Shown piece after piece: positions 14,117 to 21,433 of a stretch of 21,433 bases of DNA (the first letter of the stretch is position 1; each line of letters opens with the position of its first letter). A model generated the notes under the pieces. The model made no database searches. It was not told where the DNA came from and saw nothing but the letters and a program-made list of their open reading frames with translations. The translations under genes were made by a program, and so were the position numbers. The stretch comes from a bacterium (GTDB lineage Bacteria > Eisenbacteria > RBG-16-71-46): assembly GCA_043779265.1 (NCBI GenBank), contig JAYWEM010000097.1, forward strand, positions 1 to 21,433, written 5' to 3'.

Positions 14117-15520
14117 TCAGGCGTGCAGGGCCCGCCCGGAGACGGCCAGAGCAGCCTCCTTGATGGCTTCGGGCAGTGTCGGATGGGCGTGGACGGCCCT
14201 CGCGACGTCCTCGGACGTCGCCCCGAACTCCATGGCCAGCACGAGCTCGGCGATCAGGTCGCTCGCCCGCGGGCCGACGATGTGGGCTCCGAGGATCCGG
14301 TCGGTGGCGGAGTCTGCCAGGATGCGGACCTGCCCGTCCTTCTCCCCCATGGCCTTCGCCCTGCCGTTGGCGAGGAACGGGAACGACCCGGTGCGGTACT
14401 CCTGCCCGCGGGCCATGGCCTCCTCCTCGGTCAATCCGACGCTGGCGAACTCGGGCCAAGTGTAGACGACGTTCGGGATGCACTCGTAGGCGACGTGCCC
14501 GGCGCGCCCGGCCAAGCGCTCGACACAAGCGACGCCCTCCTCCTCCGCCTTGTGCGCGAGCATGGGGCCCGCGATGACATCCCCGATCGCGTAGATCGAG
14601 GGGACGCTCGTGCGCCAATGGGCGTCCACTTCGATCCTCCCCTTGGGATCGATGCGGATGCCCAGTTCGGAGGCGCCGAGCCCCTCGGTGTAGGGCCGGC
14701 GCCCGACGGCGACGAGCAGCACATCGGTGCGCTCCTCGACTGCCTCACCCGATCCGGCGGGGGCCAGCGAGACGACGACCTCGCTGCCATCGACTCGAGC
14801 GCCCTGAGCGGAGACTCCGAAGCGGAATCGCATGCCCTGTTTCTCGAGCGAACGCTGCAGCAGCTTCGCGCTCGCGACGTCCATCCCGGGCGTGATGCGA
14901 TTCTGGAACTCGATCACCGTGACCTCACTGCCCAGGCGTCGCCAGACCGATCCCAGCTCGAGCCCGATTGCACCCGCTCCGATCACCATCAGCCGCTTCG
15001 GCACCTCGGTCAGCTCGAGCGCATGCGTCGAGTGCACGATCCGCTCGTCATCGTAGGCGATGCCGGGCAGCGCGATGGGCTTGCTGCCGGTGGCGATGAG
15101 GATGTGCGGGGCCGAAAGCATCCGGACGCCGGCTTCGCTCGTCACCTCGACCTGCGTCGGCGAGGCGAGACGGCCAGTGCCGTGCACGCGTTCGATCGAG
15201 TTCTTCTTGAACAGGCCCTCGATGCCTCGGGTCAGATCCCGCACCACCTGCGCTCGGCGCTGCATCATGACCGGCAGGTCGAGTTCGACGCTCGCACGGA
15301 TCCCGTGCGCTGCGAGGCCGTGCCGCGCGTGAACGAAGTGCTCGCTCGAGTCCAGCAGCGCCTTGCTCGGGATGCACCCGACATTGAGGCACGTCCCGCC
15401 CAGGGTGGGGTACTTCTCGATACAGGCGACCCGCATGCCGAGCTGCGCCGCGCGGATGGCGGCTACATAGCCGCCCGGGCCCGAACCGATGACGATGAGG
15501 TCGAACGAGGGATCCGTCAT
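14117..15520 (-). CDS. lpdA: Dihydrolipoamide dehydrogenase (E3)
   Basis: Motifs GSGPGGYVAAIRAAQLG, GGTCLNVGCIPSK, GAGAIGLE, MLAHKAEEEG, HAHPTLPE. Confidence 0.97.
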   Translation of the reverse strand: MTDPSFDLIVIGSGPGGYVAAIRAAQLGMRVACIEKYPTLGGTCLNVGCIPSKALLDSSEHFVHARHGLAAHGIRASVELDLPVMMQRRAQVVRDLTRGIEGLFKKNSIERVHGTGRLASPTQVEVTSEAGVRMLSAPHILIATGSKPIALPGIAYDDERIVHSTHALELTEVPKRLMVIGAGAIGLELGSVWRRLGSEVTVIEFQNRITPGMDVASAKLLQRSLEKQGMRFRFGVSAQGARVDGSEVVVSLAPAGSGEAVEERTDVLLVAVGRRPYTEGLGASELGIRIDPKGRIEVDAHWRTSVPSIYAIGDVIAGPMLAHKAEEEGVACVERLAGRAGHVAYECIPNVVYTWPEFASVGLTEEEAMARGQEYRTGSFPFLANGRAKAMGEKDGQVRILADSATDRILGAHIVGPRASDLIAELVLAMEFGATSEDVARAVHAHPTLPEAIKEAALAVSGRALHA

Positions 15521-15527
15521 GCTGGCC

Positions 15528-16763
15528 TCACACTCCCAGCAGCATGCGCTCGGGGTTCTCGAGTCGCTCCTTCAAGCGAACCAGGAACGTCACGGCCTGC
15601 TGCCCATCGATGATGCGGTGATCGTAGGAGAGCGCCAGGTACATCATGGGCCGCACCACGACCTGATCGTCCACCACCACCGGCCGCTTCTCGATCTTGT
15701 GCATGCCGAGGATGCCGCTCTGGGGTGGGTTGAGAATGGGCGTGCTCAGGAGGGAACCGAACACACCGCCGTTGGTGATCGTGAACGTGCCGCCCGAGAG
15801 CTCCTGCGGCGTGAGCGTCCCCTCTCGGCCACGGGCCGCCAATCGGGCGATCTCCCGCTCGAGGCCGGCGAAGTCGAGGCGGTCGGCGTCCTCGATGACT
15901 GGGACCATCAGGCCGCGCTCGGTCGAGGTGGCGATCCCGAGATGAACCGCCCCCGGATGAACGACGTCGGTTCCCCGTATGAACGCGTTGACGCTCGGGA
16001 CATCCTCGATCGCCTGGATCGAGGCGCGCGCGAAGAAGCTCATGAACCCGAGCTTCACGCCGTGCTTCTTCTCGAACGACTCCTTATAGGTCGCGCGCAG
16101 CGCCATCACCCGCGACATGTCGACCTCATTGAAGGTCGTCAGGATCGCGGCGGTCTGCTGCGCATGGACGAGACGTTCGGCGATTTTCAGCCGGATCCGG
16201 CTCATCGGCTCGACACGCTCTGTGCTGGAAGTGCTCCCGAGGGTCGCCGCGGGAGCGCGCACAGCCGCTGGGGCCTCGGCCGGTGCAGCCGTGCGCGGTG
16301 CGGGGATCGACTCGGCCGCGCCGTGTTGCTCGGCGTCCGCCTTGGTGATCCTGCCGCCTTTGCCGGTCCCCTTCACCTCGGAAGAGGCGATCCCGCGCTC
16401 CTCGAGCACGCGTCTCGCAGCGGGCATGACGGAGGGCGACGTCGCTGCGACTGCCGCCGAAGCCGGTGGCGTCGGAGCGGGAGCAGGCGGCGCTGCCGCC
16501 TTGGGCGCTGACGCGCCGACCGAGGCGACTCCCGGCTCGATGCGCCCCAGCACGTCGCCTACGTTCACGATCTCGCCGATCCTGCGCGAATGGTGCAGCA
16601 CGCCCTCGCCATCCGCAACGATCTCGACCGCCGCCTTGTCCGTTTCGAGTGTGGCGACCGGCTCGTCCATGCGAACCGCCTCGCCGTCGGACTTCAACCA
16701 TTCGACGAGCGTCGCCTCCGAGATGGACTCGGCGAGCCGCGGCACCTTGATCTCGATGGTCAT
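15528..16763 (-). CDS. sucB: 2-oxoglutarate dehydrogenase E2, dihydrolipoyllysine succinyltransferase, 411 aa
   Basis: Start [18 protein letters not shown] at 16763 (ATGA overlap with sucA stop). Lipoyl motif LETDKA, E3-binding [28 protein letters not shown]. Confidence 0.96.
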   Translation of the reverse strand: MTIEIKVPRLAESISEATLVEWLKSDGEAVRMDEPVATLETDKAAVEIVADGEGVLHHSRRIGEIVNVGDVLGRIEPGVASVGASAPKAAAPPAPAPTPPASAAVAATSPSVMPAARRVLEERGIASSEVKGTGKGGRITKADAEQHGAAESIPAPRTAAPAEAPAAVRAPAATLGSTSSTERVEPMSRIRLKIAERLVHAQQTAAILTTFNEVDMSRVMALRATYKESFEKKHGVKLGFMSFFARASIQAIEDVPSVNAFIRGTDVVHPGAVHLGIATSTERGLMVPVIEDADRLDFAGLEREIARLAARGREGTLTPQELSGGTFTITNGGVFGSLLSTPILNPPQSGILGMHKIEKRPVVVDDQVVVRPMMYLALSYDHRIIDGQQAVTFLVRLKERLENPERMLLGV

Positions 16764-19519
16764 CGTCCCGTCCCCTTCGTCTCGCGACTCCGTTTGCGCG
16801 ACGGTGCGGCGGCTGCCGCGGCCTCGCCCACCGAGCGCTCGATCAGGTCCTTCTCCTGGAGTTGGTGCTTGCTGTAGTAACCCGTTGCGGGCGATGAGGC
16901 CGCGGCCCGCGAGACCACGCGAAGCGACATGTCCTCGTGCAGCAGCGCCTCGATTCGATGTCTCAGATGCCGCCACGCTCCCATGTTCTCCGGCTCCTCC
17001 TGCACCCATCGCACATCGGTCGCCTTGGGGTGCATCGCCAGAGCGTCGCGCAGTTCGGAGTCGGGGAACGGGTGCAGCTGTTCCACTCGCACGATCGCGA
17101 TGTCGTCGCGGGCGGCGTTCTCGCGGGCCTCGAACAACGTGTAAGCGAACTTGCCGGAGACGAGCAGGATTCGAGTCGCTTCGCGTCCAGCCGCGTCATC
17201 CGTGATCACCGGGCGGAATGCGCCATCGGTGAACTCGGCGATCGGCGAGACCGCCTGCTTGTGCCGAAGCAGGCTCTTGGGGCTCATCATCACCAACGGC
17301 TTGCGGAAGCGACGGTGCAACTGTCGACGCATCGCATGGAAGCACTGCGCGGGGGTCGTCGCGTGCACGACCTGCAGATTCCGATCGGCACACAGCTCGA
17401 GGAAGCGCTCGAGCCGCGCACTGGAGTGCTCGGGGCCCTGGCCCTCGTAGCCGTGCGGCAGCAGGAGCGTCAGCCCCGACATGCGACCCCACTTGCTCTC
17501 ACCGCTCGCCAGGAACTGGTCGATGATCACCTGGGCGACGTTCGCGAAGTCGCCGAACTGGGCCTCCCAGACGGTGAGCGTGTGCGGGTCGCAGGTGGAG
17601 TAGCCGTACTCGAACCCGAGCACGGCGGCTTCGGACAGCATCGTGTCGACGACGTCGAAACGTCCCTGCTCGGGAGCCAGATGCTGCAGCGGGACGTGGC
17701 GGCGCCCATCCTCACGGTCGCGTAACACCGCATGGCGGTGCGTGAACGTGCCGCGACCGACATCCTGTCCGGTCAGCCGGACATTCCGCCCCTCGAGCAG
17801 CAGCGAGCCGTAGGCGAGCGCCTCGCCGAGCGACCAGTCGACGCGGTCCTCGAGGAACATGCGGCGGCGATCCTCGTGGAACGCGATGATCTTGCGGTGC
17901 GCCCGGAAGTCCTCGGGAACGCGCGTGGCGCCGAGCATCACCTGCTCGAGCGTCTCGCGTGGGACACGGGTCACGGCGCTCAGATCCTCACCGGCCCAGT
18001 CGAGTCCGGTCCACAGGCCACCCGGAGGCTTGCGCGGCTGTGCGACGACTTCGCTCGAGGCGCGCTGGTGCGCGCCGCGGAATGCCGTGTCGCGCTCCTT
18101 CTCGAGCCGCTCGAGTGCCGCGGAGTCGAGCACGCCCTGCGCCTGAAGCGCCTCGGCGTAGGTCCTGGAGACGGTCGTGTGCGCGGCGATCCGCTGGTAC
18201 ATCACGGGCTGAGTGAACGTCGGATCGTCCATCTCGTTGTGCCCCTGCTTGCGGTAGCACCACAGATCCAGCACGACATCGCGCTTGAACCGCGTGCGAT
18301 AGGCGAGCGCCAGCGACATGGCATGCACCGCAGCCTCGGGATCATCGCCATTCACGTGCAGGACGGGCGCATCCACAGCACGGGCGATCGCGGTCGGATA
18401 GCGTCCGATGCGAACGTCCTCGGGCGAGGTCGTGAAGCCCACCTGGTTGTTCACGATCACGTGCAGCGTCCCGCCCACGTCGTAGGCGGGAAGCTGGGCG
18501 AGCATCATGGTCTCGCCGACGATCCCCTCGCCGGCGAACGCCGCATCACCGTGCAGGAGCACGGGGATGCCGCGGTCGCGGCCGGAGTCGGACATCACGT
18601 CCTGCCGCGCGCGCATCGAGCCGAGCACGACGGGGTTCACGTACTCCAGATGGCTCGGATTGTAGTGGAGGTTCAGGTGGATCTCGCGACCGTCAGCGGC
18701 CACCTGCGTGCTCGAGTAGCCGAGGTGGTACTTGACGTCCCCGAGGCCCTGAACGTCCATCGGGGCGAAGTTCGCCTCGAATTCGCTGAAGATCACATCG
18801 AGCGGCTTCTTGAGGATGTTCGCCAGCACGTTGATGCGCCCGCGATGCGGCATGCCGATCGTGAGCTGCTCCACGCCGAGGGCGGCCGACTCGCGCACCA
18901 GTCGCTCGAGCATCGGGATCAGAGCACCCGCACCCTCCAGGGAGAACCGCTTCTGCCCCGTGTATCGCGCGTGCAGGAACTGCTCGAACCCGTCGGCCGA
19001 GAGCAGCGCCCGCAGGATGGAGAGTCGATCGGCGTCGGTGAGGAGGGCTCGGCCGAGCGTCTGCTCGAGGTTCGTGGCCCACCACTCGCGGGCGATCGGA
19101 TCGGAAAGCCCCATGAACTCGACTCCGAGCGTGCCGCAGTAGGTCTGCCTCAGCACGTCGATCAACTGACTCAGCGAGCCGCGGAAGTCCCCGTGGAAGG
19201 GCCCCGGTTCGACCTCGCGCTCGAGGTCCGCTTGGCCGAGGCCGGAGGCATCGAGCTCGAGATAGGGGTGGCTCTCCGGTGCATCCCCGATCGGGTCCAG
19301 CCGCGACAGCAGATGGCCGTGCTCGCGGTACGCCTGGACCAGGGCGAACACACCGCCGTCGCCTCGAGCGGGAGCTTCACGCCGCTCGCCGAACTCCATC
19401 CCGGAGAAGAACAGCGCCCATTCCTCGGGCACCTGACTGGGATCCTCCGTCCAACGCCGGTGCTGCTCCTCGATGTAATCGGCGTTCGCTCGCAGGATGA
19501 AATCCAGTCGGCCAGACAT
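16760..19519 (-). CDS. sucA: 2-oxoglutarate dehydrogenase E1 component, 919 aa
   Basis: GAGG RBS before ATG 19519 ([18 protein letters not shown]). Motifs [72 protein letters not shown]. Confidence 0.97.
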   Translation of the reverse strand: MSGRLDFILRANADYIEEQHRRWTEDPSQVPEEWALFFSGMEFGERREAPARGDGGVFALVQAYREHGHLLSRLDPIGDAPESHPYLELDASGLGQADLEREVEPGPFHGDFRGSLSQLIDVLRQTYCGTLGVEFMGLSDPIAREWWATNLEQTLGRALLTDADRLSILRALLSADGFEQFLHARYTGQKRFSLEGAGALIPMLERLVRESAALGVEQLTIGMPHRGRINVLANILKKPLDVIFSEFEANFAPMDVQGLGDVKYHLGYSSTQVAADGREIHLNLHYNPSHLEYVNPVVLGSMRARQDVMSDSGRDRGIPVLLHGDAAFAGEGIVGETMMLAQLPAYDVGGTLHVIVNNQVGFTTSPEDVRIGRYPTAIARAVDAPVLHVNGDDPEAAVHAMSLALAYRTRFKRDVVLDLWCYRKQGHNEMDDPTFTQPVMYQRIAAHTTVSRTYAEALQAQGVLDSAALERLEKERDTAFRGAHQRASSEVVAQPRKPPGGLWTGLDWAGEDLSAVTRVPRETLEQVMLGATRVPEDFRAHRKIIAFHEDRRRMFLEDRVDWSLGEALAYGSLLLEGRNVRLTGQDVGRGTFTHRHAVLRDREDGRRHVPLQHLAPEQGRFDVVDTMLSEAAVLGFEYGYSTCDPHTLTVWEAQFGDFANVAQVIIDQFLASGESKWGRMSGLTLLLPHGYEGQGPEHSSARLERFLELCADRNLQVVHATTPAQCFHAMRRQLHRRFRKPLVMMSPKSLLRHKQAVSPIAEFTDGAFRPVITDDAAGREATRILLVSGKFAYTLFEARENAARDDIAIVRVEQLHPFPDSELRDALAMHPKATDVRWVQEEPENMGAWRHLRHRIEALLHEDMSLRVVSRAAASSPATGYYSKHQLQEKDLIERSVGEAAAAAAPSRKRSRETKGTGR

Positions 19520-19812
19520 GTCGGTCCTCGTCGGCGGTGAGCGGAACGCTCCAGTCCGGAGTCGCATCCGGGCCCTGAACTGCTGTCGGGGGCGCACGCT
19601 AGCATGGGTGAGCGAGGGGTGCGGCAGGCGTTCTCCGCCGAGAGGTTGGAGGCATTCCGCACGTTGTCGGCATGCAAGCAGCACGACTCCAGCCTGTCGC
19701 TCCTCTGCATCCGGCTCTCATCCGGGCGCGCGAACCGGGTGAACCCACTCGAAGTCCGCATCGGTGCGCATTCCGACGGGTGAGCACACCCAAGCGGACA
19801 GATTCCCGTGAA

Positions 19813-19829
19813 CCGGCACGCCCCATGCA
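19813..19829 (+). promoter_or_regulatory. Candidate sigma54 (-24/-12) promoter upstream of pilin cluster
   Basis: CCGGCACGCCCCATGCA has GG (19815-16), 10 nt, GC (19827-28), close to consensus TGGCACG-N4-TTGC. It lies about 43 nt before ATG 19872. Confidence 0.5.
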
Positions 19830-19871
19830 GCCGATACCGGTGGGGGCATGCGCCTCCGGAGGATACGACCG

Positions 19872-20360
19872 ATGCGGACTCAGAACGGATTCACACTCAT
19901 CGAGACCATGATCGTGGTCACCGTGGCGGGCGTGCTGCTCGCCATCGGCGTTCCCGCGTTCGGGGGTTATCGCAACTCCCTCGCGCTGCGCCAGGCCACC
20001 GAACAGGTCCAGACGGATCTCGAGCGGGCCCGCCAGTTGTCGATCACTCGGCGAGCTTCCGTGTACATGCGCTTCGGCACGCCCCCGTCCGTCGCCACGA
20101 CGGGCATCACCCACTACTGGCTCCATGTCGACACCAATGGCAACCGGATCGTGGATGCAGGCGAGATCAATCGGCGCTCGGATCTTCCCCGCTCCACGCA
20201 GCTCATCGATGTGGCGCTCAATCCCATCGACACGGTCGCCTTCGATATCAGCGGCATCCTGACGCCCGGCCACACCGGCGGCAGGATCGTCGTCCAGAAC
20301 CTCAAGCTGAGTCGCGACACCGTCATGGTGTCCGCGGCCGGGATCGTCTACCGCCCATGA
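19872..20360 (+). CDS. Type IV minor pilin / pseudopilin, FimT/GspH-like, 162 aa
   Basis: RBS GGAGGA at 19858-19863. Class III signal MRTQNG|FTLIETMIVVTVAGVLLAIGVP, then DLERARQLSI and VAFDISG. Confidence 0.88.
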   Translation: MRTQNGFTLIETMIVVTVAGVLLAIGVPAFGGYRNSLALRQATEQVQTDLERARQLSITRRASVYMRFGTPPSVATTGITHYWLHVDTNGNRIVDAGEINRRSDLPRSTQLIDVALNPIDTVAFDISGILTPGHTGGRIVVQNLKLSRDTVMVSAAGIVYRP

Positions 20361-20758
20361 GAACGACCACGGCTCTGCGCCGCCAGCCCGACTCGGGCTT
20401 CACGTTGATCGAGGTGATGATCGCCTTGGTCGTGTTCGCCATCGGCGTGCTCAGCTTGGCGGCCACGATTCCCCTCGGAAGCAAACGCATCGTTTCCGCC
20501 GGCCAGCAGACTCGCGGCTCTGCCATGGCCGCCGAGCAGGCCGAGGAACTCCTCGAGATGCCGTTCGGGGACGGAGAACTGACCGCCGGCGCACACAACC
20601 ACTCGCTCAACCCGCTGCCCGGCAACTACTTCGTGCAATGGGTCGTCACCGTCGACCAGCCAGTCACCGGCTGCAAGCGCATCGTCATCACCGCCTCGAA
20701 GGGGAGCGCCTCGTCGCGCCCTGAGGCCACACTCATCATCGTGAAGTCCAGCCTGTGA
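20357..20758 (+). CDS. Type IV minor pilin, PilV-like, 133 aa
   Basis: ATGA overlap. Class III signal QPDSG|FTLIEVMIALVVFAIGVLSLA, then AMAAEQAEEL. Confidence 0.88.
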   Translation: MRTTTALRRQPDSGFTLIEVMIALVVFAIGVLSLAATIPLGSKRIVSAGQQTRGSAMAAEQAEELLEMPFGDGELTAGAHNHSLNPLPGNYFVQWVVTVDQPVTGCKRIVITASKGSASSRPEATLIIVKSSL

Positions 20759-20766
20759 GGACGCCC

Positions 20767-21433
20767 ATGCCGACATCCACGGAGCATCCGGTTCGCGAGC
20801 GCGGCTTCGGCCTCGTCGAGCTGATGATCACCGTCGTCGTGTTGGGCACAGTGCTGGGGGTCGTGTTCAGCGCGATGTTCCGCTCCCAGGACCACACGCA
20901 GCACCTGACCAAGGTCGCCGACCAGCGGCAGATGGCGAGAACCGCTGTGCAGTTGATCGAGCGCGAGGCCCGCATGGCCGGCTCCGGCTGGGGGCCGCTC
21001 ACGGTGTACTACAGCGGCAATGGCGCACAACTCAACATCAGCGCGATCAATCCCGTCTACGGCGGGGCGCCTGGCCGCAGCGACGCGCTCGTGATGCTCG
21101 GCGCTTGGCAGGCCAACAGCCAGCTGACCTCCGCGCTCGTCACGCCGAGCGATGTCCTCCGCATCACCAGCACCGCAGGTTTCGCCGCGAACGACATGAT
21201 CCTGGTGACGAACCTGACGAGCGCCCACCTGTTCCAGGTGACGAGCGTCGTCGCAGCCTCGGGGCAGCTCGACCACGCGACGAGCTCGCCCTTCAACGTG
21301 GTCGCGGGCTTCAGCAACTGGCCCGTGGGTGGATACGCCATCGGCTCCTCGGTCTACAAGGTCACCGTCTCGACCTACACGTACGACTCGCTCACGTACC
21401 GGCGCCCGGCGCTGGTGCGGGTCGAGAACGGCG
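20767..21433 (+). CDS. Type IV minor pilin, PilW-like (3'-truncated by window end)
   Basis: Absent from the ORF track because it has no stop in the window. GAGG RBS and ATG 20767. Reads MPTSTEHPVRERG|FGLVELMITVVVLG...QMARTAVQLIEREARMAG (PilW-type motif) and stays open to the end. Confidence 0.88.
   Translation, partial: MPTSTEHPVRERGFGLVELMITVVVLGTVLGVVFSAMFRSQDHTQHLTKVADQRQMARTAVQLIEREARMAGSGWGPLTVYYSGNGAQLNISAINPVYGGAPGRSDALVMLGAWQANSQLTSALVTPSDVLRITSTAGFAANDMILVTNLTSAHLFQVTSVVAASGQLDHATSSPFNVVAGFSNWPVGGYAIGSSVYKVTVSTYTYDSLTYRRPALVRVENG

Noticed and set aside
14117..19519. Functional link between sucAB-lpdA and the glucan operon or pilins
   Set aside because: Ordinary housekeeping operon separated by unrelated genes; no shared regulatory motif seen.
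10520..19540. Long plus-strand ORFs opposite the ATPase, lpdA, sucB and sucA (10520-11575, 12759-14066, 14123-15613, 15489-16511, 17732-19540)
   Set aside because: Antisense shadows of conserved minus-strand genes.
19596..19604. Extended -10-like TGcTAGCGT upstream of sucA (minus strand)
   Set aside because: Short motif with no supporting -35; could be chance.
19667..19683. Second GG-N10-GC element (TCGGCATGCAAGCAGCA)
   Set aside because: Poor -12 box and far from the start codon; the 19813-19829 site fits better.

Overview
High-GC bacterial chromosomal window from a diderm. The PorV-like barrel, FlgD-type C-terminal domain and 'TFGALK' C-terminal motif suggest an FCB-related candidate lineage such as Ca. 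Eisenbacteria (inference only). Bases 1-10314 (+) form a tightly coupled, apparently alpha-glucan (starch/glycogen) utilisation operon. It encodes a FlgD-CTD protein (5'-truncated), a PorV/PorQ-like barrel, two mutually paralogous predicted outer-membrane beta-barrels (one fused to a CBM48-like glycogen-binding domain), three lipoproteins with glycogen/starch-binding-type domains, and an exported 2xCBM48-GH13 enzyme. No SusC/SusD or LamB is recognisable in the window. A convergent orphan MalK/MsmX ATPase follows, with its own sigma70-like promoter and a LacI-type operator. Then come DedA, a YtnP-like MBL hydrolase, a secreted DUF4114 gene interrupted by one in-frame TAG, sucA-sucB-lpdA (-), and a divergent minor type IV pilin cluster (FimT/PilV/PilW-like) with a candidate sigma54 promoter. 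All family calls come from motif recognition by eye; no database search was run.
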